Shown here piece by piece: positions 24,708-36,558 of a stretch of DNA of 64,000 nucleotides (its first letter is position 1; every line of letters begins with the position of its first letter). The position numbers and the translations under genes were made by a program. The DNA is taken from IMG/VR virus record IMGVR_UViG_3300031853_000011, positions 37,042-101,041 of that record; one strand, 5' to 3'. Below the pieces are notes generated by a model that did no database searches, was not told the DNA's origin, and was given only the letters and a program-made list of their open reading frames with translations. Source of the DNA: a virus. Its lineage: Duplodnaviria; Caudoviricetes.

Positions 24708-25417
24708 CATTAAAAGAAACTAGACAATTAGGGATCGAGTTTGAACGTAGATGTCAAACAATGGATCCAACTATGACGCTTACAAACAAGATAGATACAT
24801 CTGATATATATTCTTTTTTGAATCAATTTCAATTGTAGTATATCAAAGGTTTGTATGCAGCAGATGGCGAAGCGCTATCTACAAGTAGAGTATCGTATAA
24901 GATACAAGATATTTTAAAACCATTATTAAAACACGCAGTTTTAGACGAAAAGGTTGACAATGAACTTTACGACAACTATTGTGATGTATATGAACTGCCT
25001 GGAGATTATTTCTCATACGTAAGATCTACGTCTAAAGTTAGTGGTACATATAAACAAGTTATTAATAAAATTGTACCAAACAATATGGTTAAACAAGACG
25101 ATGCACATAAAGTATTAGAATCGTTTTATGATGCGCATCGAATTATGAGAAATCCAGTTGTTACTTTTACACAACAATATAATGGCAGTAACTGTATTGA
25201 AATAATACATGATAAATATACAAAAATTCAATCCGTTGATATAACTTATTATAAAAAACCAGATAATTTTGATATTCTAACAGGTACTGCATGTCAGCTA
25301 CCTTATGAGTGTTTTGAGGATTTGGTTAGTGGTGCTGTAGATTTATATTTGAGATATAAAGCTGGTAAAACAAGAGAAGAAAGTAAACCTAAGTAGAAAT
25401 CAGATAACGAAGAATAA
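24704..25417 (+). CDS. Putative ring/head-tail connector protein (237 aa)
   Basis: ATGA overlap with the previous gene, two TAGs, TAA at 25415. EFER..DIYSFLN..LPGDY..YYKKP..EDLV pattern. Confidence 0.65.
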
Positions 25418-25419
25418 CT

Positions 25420-26106
25420 ATGAAATATATTGATATACTCGCATCGTTTGAACGCGAGATAAATAAAATAGATGATATTATTGAAAAACCATCTACAGAT
25501 GATTCGTTATATTGGTTGAATCAAGGTGTTATTAAGTTTGCAAAAACAAGATTTAACGGTAATCTTCCTCATCTTACATCATATGAACAGAATGAGAAAA
25601 GAACTATAGATCTTGTAAATCTTTACAAAACTATCACATATGATTCTTTTGAAAAAGAAGAGTTTGCAAGTTACAACAGTTATTCTATAACTTACCCTTC
25701 TGATTACATGTTCGCTTTAAACGAAGATGTTGAAATATCAGACAATGATGGTAATTATAAGATGGACACATGTGTGTTTGAATGTACTGCAGATAGTTTT
25801 ATGTATCGAATAAACAACTCGTTAACAGACTTTCATTATAAACATCATAGAGCACGACCTCTTCGAATAAGAAGAAAAAACGGTTGCTCGTTGTTAACAG
25901 ATGGTAATTATAAGATATCGAAATACACATTAGGCTATTTAAAGAAGCCAAAAGAAATTAATCTGGAAAATCCTTTTACAGAGTATTCAGAATTTCCAGA
26001 CACAGTTCTACCAGAAATTATAAAAATTGCTGCGTAGATGTACATTGAAAATCAGTCAGATAAGCGATATCAGACGATAACAAATGAAGTGAATACTCAA
26101 GAATAA
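25420..26106 (+). CDS. Putative ring/head-tail connector protein (228 aa)
   Basis: SFER..YWLN..YPSDY..YLKKP..EIIKIA pattern, paralogous to neighbours. TAG at 26035; TAA at 26104. Confidence 0.65.
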
Positions 26107-26176
26107 TTTTAACGTGGAAACCCCAGATAGTTAGGTCTATCAATAAGTATAGGGGGAGTAGAAAAAATTTAATAAT

Positions 26177-27247
26177 ATGATTACATACGTAAATACAGTG
26201 CTCGTTAGCAACCTTGCTACCGCAGCTCTTTTAAGCGCAGCTCCTGCTGCTGCTGCTTCTATGAACACAGCTTCTGCAGACGCTGGTAAGTTCATTATCG
26301 AAAATCTTGATGCTGATGCAGCTTCTCAGTATGCTATTACTGCTACTACAAAGAAGATTCGTATCGGTATTGTAACAAAGAAGAACGTTGCTCAGGTTAA
26401 CCATGCAACTGGTGCTTTGACATATCGTCCTATCATCAAGTGGTCTAACGCTATTCTTAAAGACGATGTTAAGTCTTATAACAAGCTTAGCGCTGCTAGT
26501 GCTACAAATACAGAAGATTCTGTTGCTGTAAGCTTCACAGGTATTGACTCAGCCGTTCTTAACAAGTTTAAAGAGGGCGGTAAGAGAGTTATCGTTCGTT
26601 TAACATTCAAAGATCTTCCTACTCGTTATCGCAAATGGACAGAGTCTTATGAGTATATTACAACTACTTCAGAGACTGCTACCACTTTGGCTGCTGGTAT
26701 CGCTGCTCAGATCAACAAACAGTATAAGCGTGCTCGTGTAGTAGCTTCTGCTGCTTCTGGTGTTCTGACTCTTACAGCTATGCCTTATGATGACGACGAT
26801 GCTGCTGACACAATCAATGTAGCAAATAAGGTTCGTTTTAACGTAAACATTTATTATACAGATCCAGCTGGTGAAGGTTGGGAATCTTTGAACAAACATT
26901 TCCCAACAGGTGTAACTATTGCAAAAACTCCTGGAAAGCAGTACCCAGCTTCTGGTAAGTTGGTTCGTGACCTCGAAGTTGCTGCTAAGGGTTATCAGGG
27001 AATCTTGAACCGTGGTGAAAGCACATGGCCTATTATCCAGCCTGAAACAGAGGCTGAGAATGATACAAATTACAATGCTATCACTCTTGAGTTCGAAAAC
27101 ATGTATCGTGCTGCTGACGACATCTTCCGTAAGACAAAACAGACTGTTAACATCTTCGGTAAAGGTGCTCTTACAAGCGTAATTAGCGCTCTTGATACAT
27201 TTACATCTCCTGCTACCGCTGCTGCTTCTGCTGGTAGTGGAAACTAA
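26177..27247 (+). CDS. Abundant virion structural protein, Ala-rich (356 aa; auxiliary capsid-type candidate)
   Basis: TAG-free, MCP-like codon bias, followed by a terminator. Confidence 0.7.
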   Translation: MITYVNTVLVSNLATAALLSAAPAAAASMNTASADAGKFIIENLDADAASQYAITATTKKIRIGIVTKKNVAQVNHATGALTYRPIIKWSNAILKDDVKSYNKLSAASATNTEDSVAVSFTGIDSAVLNKFKEGGKRVIVRLTFKDLPTRYRKWTESYEYITTTSETATTLAAGIAAQINKQYKRARVVASAASGVLTLTAMPYDDDDAADTINVANKVRFNVNIYYTDPAGEGWESLNKHFPTGVTIAKTPGKQYPASGKLVRDLEVAAKGYQGILNRGESTWPIIQPETEAENDTNYNAITLEFENMYRAADDIFRKTKQTVNIFGKGALTSVISALDTFTSPATAAASAGSGN

Positions 27248-27272
27248 TTTTAATTAATTGATTAACCGAACT

Positions 27273-27309
27273 AGGTAGAGCGGAGCTTTTGCTCTACTCT
27301 ACCTTTTTT
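27273..27309 (+). terminator. Rho-independent terminator
   Basis: AGGTAGAGCGGAGC-TTTT-GCTCTACTCTACCT followed by a T run. Confidence 0.85.
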
Positions 27310-27321
27310 CGTTTTAAGCAT

Positions 27322-28035
27322 ATGAAGAATATAAGAATTGGTACAGATATAACTTTATATCTAAAATTAAAGAATACAAAATCTATAGACCCAATTAATT
27401 TGAGGTCTTTAGAATGTATTATTGTCAATACTCCAGATGATAATCAATTCTATGCACAGAGATATCCTTCTAATGTAGATGTATAGATGTACGAACCTTC
27501 TGAATATTGTTTAAACAATTGTGGATACCCTGTGTATATAGCGTATCCTTGTAACTCACTACCTGTTTATACGGGATTTGGATACACTCCAGACTGGGCT
27601 AAAATTTATCCAAAGCGTGAAGAAAAACGTATGAACTATGTAGCAGAAGTTAAAGCAACTGATACAGATGGTATTGTATCTATAAGCTTTCCTGCAGACA
27701 AACAGTTGTATTTAGGAAAGTATAAATTAGTTATTATTGCTAAGATGTACAACCCTGGTTATAAAAACAACATAAAAACTGTAACACTCGATTACAATGA
27801 TGTATTTAAGCTCGTTGACAATTCAGCCAACGCTGATAACGATACAACAATAATTGTTGGAGAAGGTCAGTATGATGTTGAAACCAGTACTGTACATGTT
27901 GTTGCAGATAATGACATCTACGTTAAGTCAGGAGAACTGACATATGATCATAGTGGAGTCGATTTAAAACTTACCGACGGTAATAGAGTTGTCGTAGACA
28001 TCTCTGAAGAGACCGGTTGGTATTATGGAGATTAA
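27322..28035 (+). CDS. Hypothetical beta-rich virion protein (237 aa)
   Basis: ATG 27322 after the terminator; a single TAG at 27484 joins the two track ORFs. Confidence 0.65.
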
Positions 28036-28037
28036 TT

Positions 28038-28463
28038 ATGAATATAACAATTAAGCGAGTAGCACTCAAACCTACTTATACAATCGGACACATGTACATA
28101 AACGATAAATTCGTTTGTGATACACTGGAAGACACTGTTCGTGATTTAAACAAGAATGGTAAGTTTGATAATGGCGAAGTTAAAATAAAAGGCAAAACAG
28201 CCATACCGTATGGAACATATGAGGTTATTTGGTCTTATTCTCCAAGATTTAAAAAGTTTACACCAAGACTATTAAATGTAAATTCTTTTGACGGTGTTTT
28301 AATACATGCAGGTAATACTGCTGCAGATACCGAAGGGTGTATTCTATTAGGATAGAATAAGAAGGTTGGTCAAGTGATCAACTCTAGAGCAACTATAGAT
28401 AAAGTATATCCTGTCATTCGTGATGCTTGCAAGAAAGAGAAAGTAACATTAACAATCAAATGA
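28038..28463 (+). CDS. Endolysin candidate, DUF5675 family (141 aa)
   Basis: CDTLED, TAIPYGTY, SPRF, ILIHAGN-like VLIHAGNTAADTEGCILLG. One TAG at 28353; ends in TGA. Confidence 0.8.
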
Positions 28464-28810
28464 CAAAGAATACTAAAGAATGTATATAGTATGGTACAGC
28501 AGTGTTATCTTTAACTAGCGGTGTTGTATTGTCTTTTTTATCATTCTTCCTAAATAAATACGATATATCAGATGGCGTACTATGGTACGTGTCTTAGACA
28601 CTCGTGTATGCTGGTAGTATATTTGGCGTAAGCTTATATATACATAGTAAGTTTGGAGAAATTAGAAATTACATAACAGAAAAAGAATATGAATATACTG
28701 GCGCTAATAAGTTGGCTAAAAAGCCATGTAAAGCTTGTAGCGACGGCTCTAGTATCGATACTGTTTCTGACGACAACTGTGTTCAGTGTGAACCTGTATC
28801 GAAAGAATAA
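28460..28810 (+). CDS. Holin candidate with two transmembrane segments (116 aa)
   Basis: YGTAVLSLTSGVVLSFLSFFL and VLWYVSQTLVYAGSIFGVSLYI hydrophobic stretches; ATGA overlap with the lysin; TAGs at 28487 and 28595. Confidence 0.72.
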
Positions 28811-29351
28811 GTAGTTAACAGATCAACTTAACTACGCAACTAATAACATTGAAGCCTATTAGGGGATCATTAATGATACCTAGTAGGCTAATAATGTTTT
28901 AAGACTAGACCTCAAAAAGCTTGATGAATATAACGATTCAATATTAAACGAGCTAGATAAAGTTCGTAAGTAGAATAATATTAAAAGCAAAGAAATTACT
29001 ACTGCCGCAACTCAAAGACAAACACTAAACGTTAGTAAGAGTAAGGGGGTAGGGGGTGATTTAACAGTTATACTTAAAGATACTATATATAAAGATACTA
29101 TTAAGTATAATGATTTAACTACTATAAGTTATACTATAGGTAAAGATACTGTACATATAGGAGTAGACTTATAGAACACCCAATACTTATATGTCTATAC
29201 TACAAAAGAATATAAGAACAAAAAGAACTTCCTCCAGAGATTATTTACTTTTGACTGGAAGAAGATCAAAAAATACAAATATAAAATAGTTAATACTAAC
29301 GATCTACTTAAGTCAGAAGACGTAAGAGTAGTAGAATCAAACGAAAAATAA
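28689..29351 (+). CDS. Spanin-like membrane-anchored coiled-coil protein (220 aa; absent from the ORF track)
   Basis: MNILALISWLKSHVKLVATALVSILFLTTTVFSVNLY TM helix, then a coiled coil. Six in-frame TAGs, TAA at 29349; overlaps the holin 3' end. Confidence 0.68.
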
Positions 29352-29352
29352 C

Positions 29353-30066
29353 ATGACATTTATTTCACTTAAAGAAGTTATTGATGACATACTATTATTG
29401 GTCAGAAATAACAACATTAGTGAAAGTGAGGATTTGTCAAGAACACAGATAGCAAATTGGATCAAGTCTTACAAAGCGGCTCTAATAAAGTAGAGGTTGG
29501 ATAAACAAAAAGAAGATGCTTTGAACGATGAAGATTATGAGGATACTATAGATAACATCTATATTAGAGAAAAAGGTCCGTTTGAGCTTGAAGATGTTCC
29601 GTCATATACGAACAAACCAACTTTTACTAAAGTAACAAAAGAAGAGATTAAGAATGTGTTCAATGATGCTGAAAGTAGTATATTAGCAATACACGATGCT
29701 GACGGATGTGATATTCAATACATGAATCACGAAAGACGTCATTATAACTATTTCAGAAAATACACATTTGGAGAAATGACCGGTTATTATAACAACGGTC
29801 ATATTTATATTGAAGGTACTCAAGATAAAAATAGACTTAAATACATTTGGATTTATGGTATATTTGAAACAACAGCTGATGAAGATAAACTTGATGATGA
29901 TGCAGATGAAGGTGATATTATGATACCTGGCTGGATGGTACCTCCAATTAAAAAGAATATACTCGATAACGAGCTTGCATTTATGACTAAACAACCTAGT
30001 GATGATAGTAACAATGCTACATTAGCTAGTGTTAAACCTCACGGACCACAGGATGCAGAGGAGTAA
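29353..30066 (+). CDS. Putative ring/tail structural protein (237 aa)
   Basis: ATG 29353 in frame with the 29497..30066 fragment through TAG. MTFISLKEVIDDILL..ISESEDLS N-terminus. Confidence 0.65.
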
Positions 30067-30511
30067 GTTATCTTATACATTTAGAGATATGTATCGGTCT
30101 TATAACAAATAGAACCCGAATAAGGTGGAATACGCGCTGTTTAAGCGCATATTAGACCTTATGTGTAAGTTTATACTAGAAACATTACAAGATCGCTCAG
30201 ACGGCTTTAAAATGCCTTCTGGGTTAGGGTACTTAAGAATAGGAAAATACAAACCTAAAGAATATACTGGAAAATCTCTATCTGTTGATTATAAAGCTAG
30301 TAAAGAATATAATAAAAAAATATATCATTTGAATGAGCATAGTAATGGCTATAAATACAGATTACACTGGTCTAAGATACCATATACTTTTGCAGACCGA
30401 TACAAATACTAGCTTAGTTTTGTTAGAGCAAATAAGAGAAGATTAGCTCAACTAATTTTTAAACATAAAGATTACATAAACATCAATGATATACAAGTAT
30501 ACAAAGTGTGA
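30053..30511 (+). CDS. IHF/HU-like protein of the crAss tail module (152 aa)
   Basis: Basic protein with GFKMPSGLGYLRI (IHF-like). Position before the tail tubular gene matches crAss-like synteny; two TAGs. Confidence 0.7.
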
Positions 30512-31358
30512 GTCTGTAATAGCAAAGATATTAGCAGACTTAGATGCATCCGAAATAAGAAATAGAATTTCGGACATACGCGAATGGATATTTGAAGCTG
30601 TTGATAAGATAGGTGCTCCTATGTAGTATATAGAAAAGGAGTCTGGTGTTGACGGAAATCCGCTGCTACCTATTCAAGATCGTTAGGTTCCGTTACCTAG
30701 CGATTTAGCTGTTTTAGACGGTGTTGCGTATTCTATAGGTCCAAATGGACCTTGGATTCCTATGAGAAAAGAAACATCAACTGTAAAAAAATTTCGTAAC
30801 GAATTACCAAAACACAGCATTCAAAATCCACATCAACCACCTGTAGAAAAGATGCCAACTTCATAGTCTCAGTTCTATACTGTAAATGGAATGAAATACT
30901 TAGAGAAGTCTGTACATGCAGGTGAACATAAACAACCTACTTATTTTATAAAACCTGGATGGATTGTTACAAACAAAGAAAAAGGTTTTGTAAAATTGTC
31001 ATATAAAGCTATAGCTGTTGACGAACGAGGTTACCCTTTGATTCCAGACCTGACGTCATACCAAGAAGCCATTTATTGGTATGTTACTATGAAGTTAACA
31101 TTCCCTAAGTTTTTAAAAGGTAAACTTGGTGGGCGCAGTGTTAGAGATAACAGACAGGTTTATACATATATACAATAGCAATGGAACTTTTATAGAAATC
31201 AAGCTTATGCAGAAGCAATGATGCCTACATAGGATGATATGCGTTCTATAAAGAACGACTGGTTAAAACTTATACCAGATGTAGACGCAGATGATTTCTT
31301 CTTTGGTCCTGCTGGAGATAGAGAAACTACTTATAACGATTATTATTATGGATATTAA
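30486..31358 (+). CDS. Tail tubular protein (P22 gp4-like ring; 290 aa)
   Basis: IREWIFEAVDKIG..LPSDL..VKLSYKAIAVDERGYPLIPD..QEAIYWY; synteny between the IHF-like and tail stabilisation genes. Confidence 0.75.
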
Positions 31359-34300
31359 TTCAAAAACAATCTAGACTAATACCTTTTCAGAAGGTATGAA
31401 TACGGACGTATCTGACGCCTTACTAAAAGATTCATAGTATAGGTTGGCTCATAATGTTCGTTATATAACAAATACAGATTCAAACACTGGAGAACTACAT
31501 TCAATAGAAGGTAATATCCGTGCGTTGTCAGCTCCATTATTGGGTGATATTATTGCAACAACGTCAATAAGACAATATGGTGTAATAATAACAAGAATAA
31601 ACAATAAAGATAATGAGCAAAATAATTACTGGCGCGTATATAGATTTGAGAATCCGTATTATTAGACCAGTGATTATTCTCATTTAGAAGAACCAGAACC
31701 AAAACTAGTTTTTAAATGCAAAGACGCTTTAAATTATAAAAATAAGCTTAGCATTGTATCGAGATGGGAGAGCGATAAAGTTGTTAAGGTGTATATTGCA
31801 GACGGAGAACATCCTATAATAGTGATAAATTTATTATAGAATTGGGATGAAGATGCAGAAGCAGGTACGTTGGATGGATATACAGCGTACACTAAAGTTA
31901 ATTTATTGTAGCCATAGTTTTTAGGATTAACAGCAGGAAGTTTAAAATCAGGGCTTGTTCAATATAGTTATTAGTTATACAATAAATATGGAACATATTC
32001 TGAGATAGCTCCAGCTACAAAACTTATACCTATCGGTAAAGATCAACTCGATACAGATGGTAAAAACATAAGCGGATACGATCAAGACACAACTACAAGC
32101 ACTGGTGTTAAGATTAAAATACAATTGAACGATAGCGATAAATTTAGCAACATTTATATTTATAGAATAACATATGTAGCAAACAATCAAAATCCTACTA
32201 TCGAATGTATATCAGATCAAACTATAAGTGGTTCTACATTATTGTTTACAGATTCTGGATAGACAGCGGTGAGTACTATGACAGTAGAAGAGTACAACAG
32301 TTCTACTGGAATACATATAATACCTAAGGTTATAGAGAGTAAAAATGATTATTTGTTTGCAGCAAATATAAAAACAAAAGCATCTCATATTGAAAACTTT
32401 GATGATTTTGATGCAAGATCGTTTTCTTATTCTCCAGCTGTAGATGATCAGAATATTCCACCACTTACACATTTGTTTAACAGCAGTACAGGTCACGTGT
32501 GGAATTCATACCCTAGTGGCGACAGAAAACCAGACATGCTTAATGTGTAGTATGGTTTGACAAAAGATGATATTGATTATATTATAAGTAAAAATCTTGA
32601 TAGTTTCAAGAAGTTTGATTGTTATAATAAATACAACGATTTGTCTAAAGTATATTATGATTATACATCACAACTGACAAAAGATAAGTTGACAACAAGT
32701 ATCGGTGGTGATTAGGAGCTGACAAAGGAAGTGTTTGAGTCTGGAGAATATGACAGATTTGATATTGACGGTTATTATGGTGGAACAGGACCAAACATTG
32801 ATTGGCGATTTGTTGTTACAGAAATAGATGCTGACACAATGGGTGCTTTTTCAAATGATTATTACGGTAACGTTGGTACCAGATCAAACGTGAGCGCACT
32901 TAATGGTGGTAATCATAATATAACAAAACTTCCTGCAGCTTATATTAAATCAGATGGAACCTTAGATTTATCAGCAGGTAATGTTAATAATACAACATTT
33001 GATAATTTCGGAACCAATAGAACGTACGCAAACCCATTAATAGCGTATAATTTTAAATCTTTACGAAGAGATGAGGTGTATAGGTACGGTATTGTATTGT
33101 ATGATGAATACGGCAATGCAAGTCCTGTGAAATGGATAGCTGATATACGAACACCTAATATACAATGGAAAGGTTGTGAGTCATTTGTATCGCACGGTTT
33201 TAGAGAAAAAATGTAGTCGACATTTGGTACATTGAGTATGATAGATCTTACTGTAAGACCGTTGGGTATAAGATTCAATGTAAAAAACTTACCAGAAGGA
33301 TGTACTGGGTATGAGATCGTAAGATGTAATAGAACTGTGAACGACATTGCGACATTATCTCAAGGTGTTGTATCAAGACCTGTAAAAAGATTATGTCACC
33401 CTAGTATAAATTCATATTTACCAGATGTATATACACCTACTGGATTTTTAACAACTGGTAGATTTTGGGCAGGAGATGTACCTGTTGCAAGATTTGTACA
33501 TCGTAGTTAGATTGAAGAAACTTACATTGGTGCAGAGGCAGATAATTATAGTAATGGTGATACGTTTTAGTTCATATCTCCAGAAATTGTATATCAAAAA
33601 GATTCTGTATTTTCTGAATTGAAGGGCAAACAATTATTCGTAAATCCTATTAAATATGTATTTGGTTCTTCGTCATATGCAAAAGATTTTTATCCAGAAC
33701 AAGATACACTTGGCGCGAATGAAGCAGCTAATGACTACACTCCACTGAAAAGAGTGAATGACGTAGTAAGCGCTATGGATGCTGGATGGCATCTTGTAAA
33801 ATTACACACAATACATCCTGGGTTGACAAATACCAACTTAACATTAGCCCCTACAAATCCAACAACTTCTGTGCAAATGAAAAAGGATTCTGATTCTGGT
33901 TATAAAACATATTATATAAGTAATGCTTTTATAGCCAGCATCAATTCTGATACGGATTCTGTATAGCGTGTGTCTGCTACAAATGATGTTTATTATAATA
34001 AGCATTTATCTATAATGTAGTTTAACAGACATGTACCAGAAACATTCTATTCTACATTGGCGACATATTTATATCCTGCACACAATGATGTATATCTTAC
34101 AAACGATGATGCAAAATCAATGACAAAAGAGGTGTATAGTTGTTCTAATCCTGTAACAGACACTGATTGGAATTCTGTTAGTGCTAAAAGTATGGTTGCT
34201 AGATACAAAATGGAGAATTAGGATAGTAGTAAAACATATAGTTCAAATTTATGGTTCGATGTAGCACAGAGGTCTTATTCGTATATAAAATTATATGAAT

Positions 34301-36558
34301 AGAGTGATTATGTTATAAACAGAATACATACTGGTACAGATGTTTCTGATAACTGCTATATAAACGCTGACATGAACATAGAGTCTACTCCAGGTATAGA
34401 GATACCAACTCTTGGTAAATGTGAAGTTAGTGATATAAATATTGCTTCTGAGTTGGGTTGGGATGATTTCGTAACATCTTCTAAAGACAGTAATAACATA
34501 AAATATGCTGATAGTATATCAGACATAGGTAGTTCATAGTTTTGTAATTGGATATGCGGAGGAGCTTATAATTATTCTAAGACAGAAGCCTTGAAAAGAG
34601 ATAATCCTACAGTTGGGCAACATACTTTGTGGGATAATTAGGAAACTGCTAACATAACAGGACCTGGAGGTAGATGTTTGTTATTAAAATTAAAAAATCA
34701 AGTACCTTTTTTAACAAAAGATAATGCCGAATTGTTAGAAAATTTAGAGAATTCTCAATATTCTGAATTTTTTACTAAGAAGATTTTTACAACTAGTGTA
34801 TTAGCTGATAGTATGTGTACAAGATACTCTCTAACACCTGACTATTATGGATCAGACAGCCCATTTATGTCGAATAATCAAACCTATTCATTATACGACC
34901 TAAAAGAAAAAATAGCATTTACATATACTGGTCCATATCATACTGACGATCCAAACGACACTGGTAATATGAGTCAAGATTTTGATTACGCCTATATGTT
35001 GGATAAAAATAACACAAATAATATCAATTAGTATCCGATATATAGAGATAGTGTGTTAGGAACGTTTATTTGTAATTTAAGACACGACGTAGTTCCTTAT
35101 GGCGGAAACGATTATACTTCTAGAAAGTTAAACACATATTATAGTTATGGAGATTATTTTACGTCTACTGGAAACAATGACGTATTTGACGGAGATACTT
35201 ATATATTACCTATGGAATATGTAAGTATGCACAAGACGTATAATAATTATGTGAACAATACAGTAACCCATAGTATTATATATTCAATACCTGTAGAAAC
35301 ATCTATTAATCTAACACTAACACAAGGTGAAGAGTTTAGTAAAAATACGAATATTAGTGGAATAACTAACTTACAAATAGAAGCATCTAATGTAAATAAT
35401 AAATTCACATAGGACAAGCCTTTGTATGTATACAACACAGTTTATTCTTCACAACCAAAACATAGAGTCATATCTGCCTATAATGAAGATGCAGAAGGTT
35501 AGACAACAGATGATATAATAGACTATAGATGTTATTATTCTAATCAGAAATCAAACGAAGAATATCAAGATAGTTGGTTAAAATTCCAATCAGCAAACTA
35601 TTTAGATGTAGATACTAGATATGGTTAGATAACTGGGTTAAGAACATTCCATAACTCGTTAGTATTTTGGCAAGAAAAAGCAACAGGTTTGTTATCGGTA
35701 AATGAACGTGTTGCGATATCAGACGATTCAAATTTACCTTTAATGTTAGGTACAGGTGGTGTTTTAAGTAGATATGATTATATCGCTACATCAAATGGTA
35801 TGAAGCCTGATTAGTTTGTAGACACACAATCTGATACAACATTGTATTGGTGGGATCATAACAAACGAGAAATATGTGGATACAGCGGAGGACAAGAATC
35901 AGTTGTATTATCAAAACTAAAAGGATGTTAGAATATATTAAACAAAGCTTCTGATAAAGGCGAAATATCAAACACCCCTTCTATATGTTATGATAGAAAA
36001 TATAATGAATTATTAACATCTGTAATAGATTACAATAGTTCAAATAAAGAAAGTGGAGTGTTAGTTTATAATGAACAATAGTAGGTGTTCACATCTTTAT
36101 ATACTACAAATATAAAATACTCAGTAGCATTCGGAGATGTTCTATATACAGGGAACGATAATAATTTATACGAATGGAATAGATTTGATGAAAACCCTAA
36201 ATTGTTCGATGTTGATATTGAACCATATGTTAAATATGTTGTAAATACACAACCTCAGATAGTTAAAGTTTACGACAATGCTGAATTCTCTGGTAATTTT
36301 GATAAAGATACATTGAAGAATCTTAAGTTTACATTTAATACTATAATAGGGCAAGATTCTGAATGCGATGGTTCATAGGTTACATACAGAGAAGGTGCAT
36401 TCAGATATGCAATACCTAGAGCTTTTGTCAACGGAAATAAAGTTGATTATGGTAATAGATTAAGAGGTAAAACTATGTAGTGTGAGATATCATCAGATAG
36501 TAATATCGATTTTTCTTTACAATACATAACTAATAAATATAGAATATCATGGAGTTAA
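31348..36558 (+). CDS. Tail stabilisation/muzzle protein (P22 gp10-like; 1736 aa)
   Basis: N-terminal NTFSEGMNTD..YRLAHNVR, KSLRRDEVYRYGIV, FDGDTY, YLDVDTRYG, RLRGK C-terminus; all fragments in one frame joined by TAG. Confidence 0.82.
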
